From contig WFXH01000106.1 in the NCBI GenBank assembly GCA_015490715.1, positions 2,177-66,176 on the forward strand: DNA of 64,000 nucleotides, given 5' to 3'. Both the position numbers and the translations under genes were made by a program. Positions 28,949-41,012 of the stretch are shown piece by piece; within the stretch, counting starts at the first letter, position 1, and each line of letters begins with the position of its first letter. The notes under the pieces were generated by a model. That model had not been told where the DNA came from and searched no databases. It was given only the letters and a program-made list of their open reading frames with translations. This stretch comes from Saprospiraceae bacterium (GTDB lineage: Bacteria > Bacteroidota > Bacteroidia > Chitinophagales > Saprospiraceae).

Positions 28949-30362
28949 TTGTGGGGGTGTTAGGGGGGGTGAGGTAGCGGTCTAAGAGGTAGACGAGGCT
29001 GGTCATGGCGGCGGCGCCTGCTTTGAGTTCTCTGGGGTGTACGGCTTCGAAGACGTCGATGGGGGTATGGTGGTATTTGAAGTATTGATGGGGCTGGGGT
29101 CGCAAGCCGAAGAGCAGGGTGCCGAAGGGTTTGAGTTTGCTGACGTCGGCGCCGCTGCCACCTTTTCGTATGAGCAGATCCAATTGGAGCAGGTGGGGAG
29201 CGATGACCTGTTGGAGGATCGAGTCGTAGTAGGGTTGGAGTTGGGGTTGAGCGTCCCAGTGGAAGCCTACGGGGGCGAAGCCGCCGGCGTCGGATTCGAT
29301 AGCGGCGAGGTGCACTTCACCACTTGTGCGTACGCTATCGGCATAGGCCCGTGCGCCCCCGCCGCCGTTTTCTTCATTCATATAGGCTACGAAGCGGATG
29401 GTATGGCGAGGTGTGTAATCGATGGCGACGAGGGTTTGAAGGACCTGCAAGGCCTGTACGATGCCGGCTCCGTCGTCGTGGGCGCCTTGGCCGTTGTCCC
29501 ATGCATCGAGATGACCGGCTACTACGATAATTTGGTTGGGGTAGGTGCTGCCTGTGATTTCGCCGATGACGTTGTAGGAGCGACGGGGGCCGAGGTTTTT
29601 ACTGCTGGTGCGGATGCGAGCCATGATGCTCCCGCGCTGGCGGATGAGTGCGCTGAGGCTGTCGGCGTCGAGTGTGCTGATGGCGATTGCAGGGATGGCC
29701 TTTTCGCCTTCGCGGAAGATGGTGACGCCCGTATGGGGTATGTCATCTAGATAGTGGGTCATGCTGCGCACGATGGCGCCCACTGCGCCGTAGCGAGCGG
29801 CTATAGCGGGGCCGCGTACACGCTGATCGACTGCCTGGCCATAGGCGCGAAACGGGGAGACCTCGCCTGCATCCATGGGGCGGTTAAAGAAGACGATGCT
29901 CCCCTCGAGGGCCTGTCTACCCAGTCGCTCGAGGTCATCCAAGCCGTAGACTTCTTGTACTACCGCGGTTATGCCTTCGGCGGGAGTAGACGGCGAGCCT
30001 CCGAGGGTCGTACAGTCGAGCGATAGCGGCGTATCGCCATCGTAGACGATCACTTCTTCAATGCGACCGCGCACCCAATAATTGGGAATGGAGCAAGGCT
30101 GAAGACGTGCGTGGACCTTTGGCAGCGTGTCTACGATTTCATACACATAGCGAATGGCGCTATCTGCAGCAGGAGAGCCCGCCAATCGTCCACCGATTTG
30201 TGTCAGGCCTTTAAGCCATTGGTGGCAATCGCCCGACAGGTAGATGTGGCGGTGTATTTGACGGAGTTTTTGGATTTCGCCTGGGTTGAGCTCTTGGCTC
30301 GAAAGGTGTATCGAGGCAATCAAGGCTACAAATAAGGTGCTAATCAGGTATTTCTTTGACAT
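28941..30362 (-). CDS. M28 family metallopeptidase (secreted aminopeptidase)
   Basis: Signal peptide, plus 'VVAGHLDAWDNGQGAHDDGAGIV' and 'MNEENGGGGA' metal-ligand motifs. Its 3' end overlaps the hpt start by 8 nt. Confidence 0.8.
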   Translation of the reverse strand: MSKKYLISTLFVALIASIHLSSQELNPGEIQKLRQIHRHIYLSGDCHQWLKGLTQIGGRLAGSPAADSAIRYVYEIVDTLPKVHARLQPCSIPNYWVRGRIEEVIVYDGDTPLSLDCTTLGGSPSTPAEGITAVVQEVYGLDDLERLGRQALEGSIVFFNRPMDAGEVSPFRAYGQAVDQRVRGPAIAARYGAVGAIVRSMTHYLDDIPHTGVTIFREGEKAIPAIAISTLDADSLSALIRQRGSIMARIRTSSKNLGPRRSYNVIGEITGSTYPNQIIVVAGHLDAWDNGQGAHDDGAGIVQALQVLQTLVAIDYTPRHTIRFVAYMNEENGGGGARAYADSVRTSGEVHLAAIESDAGGFAPVGFHWDAQPQLQPYYDSILQQVIAPHLLQLDLLIRKGGSGADVSKLKPFGTLLFGLRPQPHQYFKYHHTPIDVFEAVHPRELKAGAAAMTSLVYLLDRYLTPPNTPTNE

Positions 30363-30454
30363 AATTTATGCATTTAGCAGTCGGCTGGACAAAGATACGC
30401 ATGAAATTTGCATGGGTTGAGTGACGATATTGGGTCTGACTGCGTTGATAGGAT

Positions 30455-31030
30455 ATGGCACTACATCGACTTGGAGTACTGTTTGTGGTTTTGCTCTGTG
30501 TAAGGGCCAGCGGTGCTGCGCAGAGCGGGATTAATTTAAAATTTGGTTTGAGCTATCTCGAGACTCAGGCGTTGGATCAGAAGAGTGGAGCGGGTACGTA
30601 TTACGGTTGGCATGTGGCTGTGGCGGGACGTTTAGGCAAGTATCGCTTTTTTGTCAATCCCGTGGTGCGGTATACGAGTTATGATCTCAGTGCGAAGGCC
30701 GATATTTCGAAGTTGTGGAAGGGCACGAACAAGCTGCAATACCTCAGTGTCGCTACGCTTGGGGGATGGAGATTGATACGGTCGCGACCCTTTACCCTGC
30801 GACTGCATGGAGGGGTGGATCTGGATTTTTTAATGGATGTGACGGACAACAAGTACGGACTGACGGCGGAGGATTTTGAGGATTTGCATTTTCAGGGTGT
30901 GGGGGTAGTGGGTTTTGATGTGTATTGGTTGACGATAGACCTGAAGTTTTCGCAGGGGTTGAGTCCTCGACGCAAGGGGGTGCGTGATGATTCTACTGCC
31001 CTGGAGCTGTCAATGGGGTTTTTCTTTTAG
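30455..31030 (+). CDS. Small outer-membrane beta-barrel (porin-family) protein
   Basis: Signal peptide 'VVLLCVRASGAAQ', alternating beta-strand pattern, C-terminal 'ELSMGFFF'. Confidence 0.45.
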   Translation: MALHRLGVLFVVLLCVRASGAAQSGINLKFGLSYLETQALDQKSGAGTYYGWHVAVAGRLGKYRFFVNPVVRYTSYDLSAKADISKLWKGTNKLQYLSVATLGGWRLIRSRPFTLRLHGGVDLDFLMDVTDNKYGLTAEDFEDLHFQGVGVVGFDVYWLTIDLKFSQGLSPRRKGVRDDSTALELSMGFFF

Positions 31031-31357
31031 TAGTTCGACAGAGGGGTTCCAGCAGATTTGTTCGAAATCGATGACGCGGTGGTTGCGTATGCGTACGCCT
31101 TCGCTTTCCAGTAGGGATTGCATGAGCGTGGGGGTGGCAAAGGCGTGTCGTCCCGTCAGTTCTCCTCTGGCGTTGACGACGCGGTGGGCGGGGATGTCGG
31201 AGGGATTGGCGTTTTTGAGGAGGTTGAGGGCTTTGCCGACCATTCGAGCGGAGGGTATGCCGAGGTATTGGGCGATCAATCCATAGGTCGTCACTCTGCC
31301 TTTAGGGATGAGGCGCACGATTTCATACACTGCTTCGTACCAGTAGAACGATTTCAT
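31010..31357 (-). CDS. MGMT-family DNA-binding protein lacking the acceptor cysteine (alkyltransferase-like, ATL)
   Basis: 'GRVTTYGLIAQYLGIPSARMVGKALN' HTH and 'IPAHRVVNARGEL', where canonical O6-alkylguanine transferases have PCHRV. Confidence 0.75.
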   Translation of the reverse strand: MKSFYWYEAVYEIVRLIPKGRVTTYGLIAQYLGIPSARMVGKALNLLKNANPSDIPAHRVVNARGELTGRHAFATPTLMQSLLESEGVRIRNHRVIDFEQICWNPSVELLKEKPH

Positions 31358-31746
31358 ACAGGAGAAGGACCTTTAGGTAGTCTTTTTTTCCTGTTGGCGA
31401 AGAGGTATGCGAGAAAGCTAAAGGGTTTTCGGTTTTGGAGATAGTGAGGGTCGTCTTGGTGGGCGTAGGCTTCGCGTTCGAAGCAGATGTGGCGGTAGGC
31501 CGTGTGGAAGTTGCGGTGGTAAGTGAGGCGCAGGAGGAATTCGAGTACGTACCAGAGGAAGAAGGGGAGGAATAGGAGTTCGAGTTGTTGGCGGAAATGG
31601 ATGCGTTCGTGGTTGACGAAGGAGGGATTGGCGAGGAGGGAGCGGTCTTTGAGGAGGACGACAGGGCCGAGGGTGATGGCGGAGACGAAGGCGAAGCTAA
31701 GGGGCTGCAGCCAGCGGGGCCAGGTGAGGAAAAGGGGCACGCGCAT
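31354..31746 (-). CDS. Small membrane protein with an HExxH motif
   Basis: 130 aa with 2-3 hydrophobic helices. 'FVNHERIHFRQQLE' contains H-E-x-x-H. 4-nt overlap with the downstream ATL gene. Confidence 0.4.
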   Translation of the reverse strand: MRVPLFLTWPRWLQPLSFAFVSAITLGPVVLLKDRSLLANPSFVNHERIHFRQQLELLFLPFFLWYVLEFLLRLTYHRNFHTAYRHICFEREAYAHQDDPHYLQNRKPFSFLAYLFANRKKRLPKGPSPV

Positions 31747-31751
31747 GGTGC

Positions 31752-34700
31752 TCAGTTTTCCTGTTTGAGGTTGAGGTTGAGTTGGGCACTGACGATGGGC
31801 ATGTATTTCTGGTAGACGGGCGAATCTTCGCCGAGGTACTGGAGGATGTTGAACACTTCGAACAGCGCTCTGGTGGTGAATTGCACATCCATTTCGAAGG
31901 ATTGGAGGTCTTCGTCGTCGAGGGATTGGTAGAATTCGAGGTCTTGGATGAGGTTGTCGATGAGGTCGGGCAGGTAGGTTTCGATGGTTTGGCGGTCGCC
32001 TGCTCTCATAAGTTCGTTAAAGAAGCTGACGGTTTGGTAGTCGAAGGGGAAATTCATGTTGGGGAATGCCTCGAATTGTTTTTGGATGAGTTTGATGGCT
32101 TTGTCCTTTTTGCCTTCGTCGATGAGCTCCATGGCGACGCGGAGCATGACGTATTTCATGGCTTGTACGGAGGGCGCATAGCTTGGATTGACGTAGGTGT
32201 CGTATTTATCGAAGTTGCCCCATCGGAATTTATTCATGATGCGTTTGTAGACCAGGTCGGTATCGACGTGTCCGAGGCCGAAGACGCTCAGATCGCGACG
32301 TGGTTGGTCGGTTTTGACGGCTGTGATGCGGAAGGCCAGTCCTTCGAGGCGCAGGTAGGGTTGGAGGCCGAGCATTTGTCGTTCGCGGACGGTGATGGCG
32401 AAGTAGATGGGTCGGTCCCAGATATTGGAGCCAATGATGTCCATGACGGCGATTTCGTCTTTACGCAGGTAGGGGATGTTGCCGAGGTTGAGCCAGATTT
32501 TGTCGGCGATGCTGTCGGTGGGTCGAGCCATGCCGAGTTCGATTGCACGTTTTTTGTTGACGGGGATGTAGATTTTGCGGGTGGGGAGGAAAGTTTCGAC
32601 TTGATCGCCGTAACGTGTAGAGACGGGATTTCTTTGGGCCAGATGTCTCAGGACGCGGTCGATGGGCCAGGGTTTTTCATTTTTGATGAGGCCTTCGGGG
32701 AAGGGGACCATATTGCGTTTTTCGCCGACGTATGCCTCGGCGGGGATGGTTAATTTGATTGGGGGCGATTCGTTGACTTTGCGGCGCATGGAGTTGATAT
32801 ACCAGTCGACGGCGATGAGGCTGAGGTTGATGACGCGCACATCGCGTCGGATTCCTTCTACTTCTTGGGCGTACCAGAGGGGATAGGTGTCGTTGTCGCC
32901 GTAGGTGAAGAGGATGGCGTTGGGTGAGAGGGATTCGAGGAAGTTAATGGCGTAGTCTCTTGCGGCGTAGTGGCCGCGTCGGGAGTGGTCGTCGAAGTTT
33001 TCGACTCCCATGATGGTCGGAGCGGAGAGTGCGAGGAGCGTACTGACGAGGGCGACGGTATGGGGTTGTTGGACGTATTTTTTGAGGAAGGCATAGAGTG
33101 CGGCAGCGCCAATGCCCACCCACATGGCAAAGGTGAAGAACGAGCCGGCTAAGACGTAGTCGCGTTCGCGGGGCTCATTTGGTGGTTGGTTGGAATAGAT
33201 GATAATGCCAATGCCGGTAATGATAAAGAGAGCGAGGATGGCGTAGAATTCCTTTGGGCTCTTGCGGTACTGGAACCACATGCCCAGCAGGCCGAGCAGG
33301 AGGGGTATGAAATAGTAGGTGTTGCGGGAGGGGTCGTTTTTCATGCGGTCGGGGAGCTTATCCATGTTGTAGAGGTGCCATTCGTCAATGGGTTTGATGC
33401 CACTGAGGTAATGGCCATTTTTGAGGTCCCACGGATAGAAGCCCTGCTTGCCGTTTTGTCGCCCGACGAAGTTCCACATGAAATAGCGCCAGTACATCCA
33501 ACCGAGCTGATAGCGGAGGAAGAAGCTGAGGTTGAAGGCCATGGTGGGCTTTTTGTTTTCGGAGGTGTTCCACATGCGGTAGATTTTGGGTCGATTTTGG
33601 TCGGTGTGGGAGATGCGCGGGAAGAGCATTTTATCTTTATCGCTGTATTCGTAGCTGAGTTTGTGATCGACGACTTCGTAGTGGTCCCCTACTCTTCCGT
33701 AGCGCGGTTCGCTCTTGATTCCGATGGGTTTGGCTTCGTAGTGTGGACCCCACAGGAGCGGTCGTTCGCCGTACTGTTCGCGGTTGAGGTAGGACAGTAG
33801 GCGCATGGGTCCGTACGGTTCGCTCATGTTGATGGGGGGATTGGCGTTGGCTCGGAGCACGACCATTCCATAACTGGTGTAGGCCAATATCATCAGGGTG
33901 GCGGCCATCATGGCAATTTGCAGCAGGTGGCTCTTTTTGCGGTGAGCCAAGCGGAATCCCCAGAGCAAGAGGCCGCCGATCACTATTATGACGAAGACGA
34001 TTCCACTGTTGAAGGGCAAGCCGAGGGTGTTGACCGCAAAGAGGTCGAATTTAGACCACAGCCAGGGTATTCCAGCGATAAGGAATTTTTGTATAAAAAT
34101 AATGCCCGCCGTGCCGAGGAGGCCCGCAAGCGCATATCCGACGAAGCTGTGCTTTTCAAAGCGCTTGAAATAGTACAGGATGCTGATGAGAGGTAAGGTG
34201 AGCAAGCTCAACAGGTGCACGCCAATGCTCAGGCCGATGAGGAAGAATGCGAGGACGAGGTATCGATCGTGTTCTCTGTCGTCGGGAAGGTCGTACCACT
34301 TGACGGCTGCCCAGACGGTGGCCGCGGTAAAGAAGCTCGAAAGTGCATAGACTTCTCCTTCGACGGCGGAAAACCAGATGGAAGTGGCAAAAGCCGAAGT
34401 CAGTCCAGCGACAAGCCCTGCACCTGCACTGATGAGGCTATCGGCCAGGGTGGGTTCTTTGATACGCCCGACCAGTGCGATTTTCGTCAAAATGACCGTC
34501 GTCAGAGCGACAAACATCGCCATAAAGGCGGTAGCCGTGGCCGACATGAGATTGACGGCTACCGCGATGTGGGAGGGATTGTCCGAAAGGAGATCCCCAA
34601 GCCAGGCGAAGATGCGACCTATCATGAGAAAAAGCGGTGCACCTGGCGGATGCACCACTTCGAGTTTGTATGCCGCTGAGATAAACTCTCCGCAATCCCA

Positions 34701-34802
34701 TAGGCTTACCGTGCTCTCTACCGAAAAGTAGTACACAATGGCGGCGATGGCAAAGGTGAGCCATCCGGCTATATTTTTCAATGTCTTATAACTCAACTGC
34801 AT
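31752..34802 (-). CDS. DUF2723 domain membrane protein (GT-C fold, TMEM260-like putative glycosyltransferase)
   Basis: 1016 aa. The N-terminal 'SVESTVSLWDCGEFISAAYKLEVVHPPGAPLF' is the DUF2723 signature. Many TM helices, then a large soluble C-terminal half. Confidence 0.8.
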   Translation of the reverse strand: MQLSYKTLKNIAGWLTFAIAAIVYYFSVESTVSLWDCGEFISAAYKLEVVHPPGAPLFLMIGRIFAWLGDLLSDNPSHIAVAVNLMSATATAFMAMFVALTTVILTKIALVGRIKEPTLADSLISAGAGLVAGLTSAFATSIWFSAVEGEVYALSSFFTAATVWAAVKWYDLPDDREHDRYLVLAFFLIGLSIGVHLLSLLTLPLISILYYFKRFEKHSFVGYALAGLLGTAGIIFIQKFLIAGIPWLWSKFDLFAVNTLGLPFNSGIVFVIIVIGGLLLWGFRLAHRKKSHLLQIAMMAATLMILAYTSYGMVVLRANANPPINMSEPYGPMRLLSYLNREQYGERPLLWGPHYEAKPIGIKSEPRYGRVGDHYEVVDHKLSYEYSDKDKMLFPRISHTDQNRPKIYRMWNTSENKKPTMAFNLSFFLRYQLGWMYWRYFMWNFVGRQNGKQGFYPWDLKNGHYLSGIKPIDEWHLYNMDKLPDRMKNDPSRNTYYFIPLLLGLLGMWFQYRKSPKEFYAILALFIITGIGIIIYSNQPPNEPRERDYVLAGSFFTFAMWVGIGAAALYAFLKKYVQQPHTVALVSTLLALSAPTIMGVENFDDHSRRGHYAARDYAINFLESLSPNAILFTYGDNDTYPLWYAQEVEGIRRDVRVINLSLIAVDWYINSMRRKVNESPPIKLTIPAEAYVGEKRNMVPFPEGLIKNEKPWPIDRVLRHLAQRNPVSTRYGDQVETFLPTRKIYIPVNKKRAIELGMARPTDSIADKIWLNLGNIPYLRKDEIAVMDIIGSNIWDRPIYFAITVRERQMLGLQPYLRLEGLAFRITAVKTDQPRRDLSVFGLGHVDTDLVYKRIMNKFRWGNFDKYDTYVNPSYAPSVQAMKYVMLRVAMELIDEGKKDKAIKLIQKQFEAFPNMNFPFDYQTVSFFNELMRAGDRQTIETYLPDLIDNLIQDLEFYQSLDDEDLQSFEMDVQFTTRALFEVFNILQYLGEDSPVYQKYMPIVSAQLNLNLKQEN

Positions 34803-34963
34803 ACGGTCACTCTTTTGTTTGGCTTGGTTTGTAACGCTAGCGATTTCAACAAATTATGAATATGTCGCACCGATTTTCCTCTTGTAAATGTCTGTGCTGT
34901 ACAAATGTTCGAACAAAAGTAGAAGATTTATGCTAATTACGCTGTGATGCGTGCCCTCAAGGT

Positions 34964-35497
34964 ATGTTGTTCATGGGTATCTTTGCGCCTGTTATGGATT
35001 TTTTCCGATACTTGCTCATCCTGGGTCTGGCTGTCGGTATGGGCGTATTGCTCTTGGGTGTCGTGCCTCAGCGCATTGATGAAGAGATGACTTTTTTGCA
35101 GTCTTGTGACCGCGTGCGGGCATGGGTGGAGGATCCTGAGCGATGGTCGAGGTGGTGGGAGGATCTCGAAGGGGTGCATCGCAGCGAAGACGGTCGATAT
35201 GAGGCTACCATAGCGGGGTCAGGTCAAGTAGTGCGCATCGAAAAAGTTGAAAGTAGGGATAAAATCGTGCGCTATACGGTGGAGCGGGAGAATGAGCGGA
35301 TCACGTATTTTTGGCGCTTTGGCGAAGAGGGCAATCACTGTGTTGTCGAGGTATTGATGGAGATAAGGTCGAATACGCTACGGGGACAATTGGCTCTGGC
35401 ATGGAATCGCAAGGAGCGGAAGGAGCATCTCGAGGAGCAACTCACTACATTACAGCGCGTGTTGTACGAGCAGCCCGTGCTTCCTCAAAAAAAGTAG
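34964..35497 (+). CDS. Membrane-anchored SRPBCC-like protein (tentative)
   Basis: N-terminal TM helix, then about 130 aa with a START/SRPBCC-like strand pattern ('VRIEKVESRDKIVRYTVERENERITYFWRF'). Start uncertain. Confidence 0.35.
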   Translation: MLFMGIFAPVMDFFRYLLILGLAVGMGVLLLGVVPQRIDEEMTFLQSCDRVRAWVEDPERWSRWWEDLEGVHRSEDGRYEATIAGSGQVVRIEKVESRDKIVRYTVERENERITYFWRFGEEGNHCVVEVLMEIRSNTLRGQLALAWNRKERKEHLEEQLTTLQRVLYEQPVLPQKK

Positions 35498-35625
35498 CCT
35501 TCAGACTGGGAATCCGAAGGCTATACGACCATTTGGCTTTACTGGGCGAAACCAAACAGTGCAGCGTCTACACTTATATAGACTACCGAAATGGGAAAAA
35601 CGCTGCCTGAGGGGTGCAATTTTTT

Positions 35626-37365
35626 TTAAAATTTTTCGGGTGAGCTGTATTGAATACGTCCGTCGACGATGGTGTAGAGCACTTTCGTGTTAGGAATGCT
35701 GTCGACGGGGCAGGTAAGGAGATTTTGGGACAGGATGACGAGGTTGGCCCTGAAGTGGGGTTGTATTTTGCCGATGTTGTTTTCTTTAAGGGCTCGGGCG
35801 TTGCCAGCGGTATAGAGGTGTAAGATTTCATACCGCTGCATGGCTTGTTCGGGGAAGAAGGTAGTGCCGTCGTCTCTGCGTCGGCGTGTCACTGCTGCGT
35901 AGATGTTTTCGAAGGGGTTGATCTCTTCGACGGGCACGTCGGTACCGATAGCGAGTTGGGCACCTGCATCGAGAAGGGAGCGCCAGGGATAGGAGTACAG
36001 GCGAGCGCGACGTGGGCCGAGGCGCTTAACGACAAAAGGGGCGTCGGAGGTACAGTGAATGGGCTGTACCGAGGCGATGACGCCCAGTTGGGCAAATCGA
36101 GGGATGTCTTCGGGGAGGATATGTTGGGCGTGTTCGATGCGCCAGTAGTGGTGTTTGGGCAGGAGGCACTGCGCTTGCCACGCTTCGATGAGGTTGAGCA
36201 TCACGTGGTTGGCGCGATCACCAATGGCGTGAACGCACAATTGGAGTTGGTACTGTGCACAGAGCTCGGCGAGTTTTTGTATGCTGTCCGGAGGTGTGGT
36301 CACCTGACCGGTATCGGTTGGGCGGTCGGCATAAGGTTCGGTCAGCCATGCGCCATACGAGCCGAGTGCACCGTCGAGGAAAGCCTTTACGCCCTTGACC
36401 TTTAGATTGGGCGTACCCTGTCGGTGGAGATGCTCTTGGAGAGCACGTTGAATCTGTGCAGGCGTGCCGTAGAGCATTACAAATACGGGTATGACAAAAC
36501 TTTCAGGCACTTGCAGCCACTGGCGGTATTCGTTGGGCGTAGTGGCCGCATCGTAAAAGGCGGTGATGCCGTTTCTAATGCAGTGGGCCATGGCGCGACC
36601 GATAGTGGATGCGATGTACGCTTTGCTCTGGGTTTGAGAGCGGCGATGATGTTCGAACGTGTCGAGGATGAGACGCATGGCATTTTCTTCGAAGATGCCG
36701 GTAGGGGCTCCGTTTTCATCGCGCACGATTTTACCCCCTTCGGGATCGGGGGTTAGGGTGTCGACACCTGCCAATTCCATAGCTTTTTGGTTGGCGAGGA
36801 GGGCGTGGCCGCTTGCGTGGATGAGTACCACGGGATGATGTGGTGTGCGGGCACTGAGCAGATGATGAGTGGGGTATCCGTGGATATTGGGGGAGGGTGG
36901 GCTATCCCATTTTTCCTGGTGCCAACCTCGTCCGTAGATCCATTCGCCCGAAGGAGTCTGTGCAGCGCGCTTGGATACGCTGTCGATTATTGCTGCCCAG
37001 CTGTGAGCGCGTTGCAGTTGGAGTTGTGCGAGGCTCTGGCCGAGGCTGAAGAGATGACCATGCCCTTCGATCAGTCCAGGCATGACAAAGGCCCCCTCTG
37101 CGTCGATGATGCGTGTCGAGGGGGTGCCAAACGAGTCGAGGATCGTCGAATCGGTCCCTACACCGATGATCCAGCCATTGTCTATCGCGATGGCTCCTCG
37201 AAGTGTTTGGGGGCTCGTTCCGTCAAAAATCTCTGCATTGACTATGATGAGCATGGCTGGTTTTGCCGTCGATGAGCTTGATGAGGGGCTGTAGCAGCTA
37301 GTCCAAATTGCGAAGAGTACTATGGAGCAAAAAGTGACGACGAAAATATACCGAAAAGCGCGCAC
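35626..37365 (-). CDS. Amidohydrolase family (YtcJ-like, amidohydro_3) lipoprotein
   Basis: 'FVMPGLIEGHGHL', 'HASGHA', 'CVHAIGDRA', 'SVQPIHCTSD', 'GTDVPVE'. The in-frame GTG at 37365 yields the lipoprotein signal (M)RAFRYIFVVTFCSIVLFAIWTSC and removes the overlap with the divergent gene. Confidence 0.75.
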   Translation of the reverse strand: MRAFRYIFVVTFCSIVLFAIWTSCYSPSSSSSTAKPAMLIIVNAEIFDGTSPQTLRGAIAIDNGWIIGVGTDSTILDSFGTPSTRIIDAEGAFVMPGLIEGHGHLFSLGQSLAQLQLQRAHSWAAIIDSVSKRAAQTPSGEWIYGRGWHQEKWDSPPSPNIHGYPTHHLLSARTPHHPVVLIHASGHALLANQKAMELAGVDTLTPDPEGGKIVRDENGAPTGIFEENAMRLILDTFEHHRRSQTQSKAYIASTIGRAMAHCIRNGITAFYDAATTPNEYRQWLQVPESFVIPVFVMLYGTPAQIQRALQEHLHRQGTPNLKVKGVKAFLDGALGSYGAWLTEPYADRPTDTGQVTTPPDSIQKLAELCAQYQLQLCVHAIGDRANHVMLNLIEAWQAQCLLPKHHYWRIEHAQHILPEDIPRFAQLGVIASVQPIHCTSDAPFVVKRLGPRRARLYSYPWRSLLDAGAQLAIGTDVPVEEINPFENIYAAVTRRRRDDGTTFFPEQAMQRYEILHLYTAGNARALKENNIGKIQPHFRANLVILSQNLLTCPVDSIPNTKVLYTIVDGRIQYSSPEKF

Positions 37366-37428
37366 GGTCGTTTGATTTCTAAAAATTGAATAAAACAACG
37401 ATTGGATTATAGGACAAACATACGAATT

Positions 37429-37773
37429 ATGAAGCGATACATTGTGTTTCCTATGCTGGGGATGGTGCTTATAGTGACGCTGGGGAGTTGCAAGAAGGAG
37501 AAGGTTGCTGCCTGTGACGAAGAGGTGACGTATGAATCCCACGTGCGGGCTATTATACAGCAGAATTGTACTGTGACTGGCTGCCATGACGGGTCGAATG
37601 GGATGCGCAAGCCGTTGCGCACATACGATGAGGTGATGGCTGTCATTGACTGGGTGGAGCGACGCGCGGTCATCGAAAAGTCGATGCCGCCGGCGGCAAG
37701 TGGTGGGCCGTTGTCGGAGGAAGAGATTCGCCTGTTGCGCTGTTGGTTGGAGCAGGGCACACCGGAGAAATGA
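37429..37773 (+). CDS. Small lipoprotein with a cytochrome-c-like C-X4-CH motif
   Basis: Lipobox 'VTLGSC'. 'IIQQNCTVTGCHDG', 'EKSMPP' and 'LSEEEIRLLRCWLEQG' resemble PSCyt/planctomycete-type cytochrome c domains. Confidence 0.45.
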   Translation: MKRYIVFPMLGMVLIVTLGSCKKEKVAACDEEVTYESHVRAIIQQNCTVTGCHDGSNGMRKPLRTYDEVMAVIDWVERRAVIEKSMPPAASGGPLSEEEIRLLRCWLEQGTPEK

Positions 37774-37779
37774 GTTGAA

Positions 37780-40558
<2,779 letters not shown>

Positions 40559-40699
40559 CGGAATGATTTGACACGTCGCATCGCAAAGATAATCCTACGA
40601 CAGAGCACATAGATGCACCATTTTAAAAAATCCCTTTATGAGAGGACTGAAATGTATGAAAAGGTAGAGGGGGGATGTGAAAAAAAGGGTTAATAGCGT

Positions 40700-40707
40700 T
40701 ATATTTG
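40700..40707 (+). promoter_or_regulatory. Bacteroidota-type -7 box (TAnnTTTG) upstream of clpS
   Basis: TATATTTG lies 20 nt before the clpS ATG, in an AT-rich divergent intergenic region. Confidence 0.35.
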
Positions 40708-40727
40708 CAAGGTAAAACGGACGCATC

Positions 40728-41012
40728 ATGGCAGGGCATAGAGAACGCATTGAGGAAGTCGTCGATGTAATAGAGGATGTCGATCGGGTGCGCCATCTGG
40801 TATTGTACAACGATGATTACAACACATTTGACTGGGTGATACAGTGTTTGGTCGAGGTGTGTGGGCATTCGCTTCAGCAAGCGGAGCAGTTGACATATCT
40901 CGTTCATTTCAAGGGGAAGGCCACGGTCAAGTCGGGCGTCTTATCGGTGCTTAAGCCGATGAAGGAGGCCCTTGTCGAGCGCGGCCTTTCTGCGGTCATC
41001 CAATCGGATTAG
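40728..41012 (+). CDS. clpS: ATP-dependent Clp protease adaptor
   Basis: 'VLYNDDYNTFDWVIQCLVEVCGHSLQQAEQLTYLVHFKGKA'. Confidence 0.92.
   Translation: MAGHRERIEEVVDVIEDVDRVRHLVLYNDDYNTFDWVIQCLVEVCGHSLQQAEQLTYLVHFKGKATVKSGVLSVLKPMKEALVERGLSAVIQSD

Noticed and set aside
31782-32753. 323-aa ORF antisense to the DUF2723 gene
   Set aside because: Same shadow-ORF pattern (D/G/V/E/F-rich, no motifs). The opposite strand carries a confident family signature.
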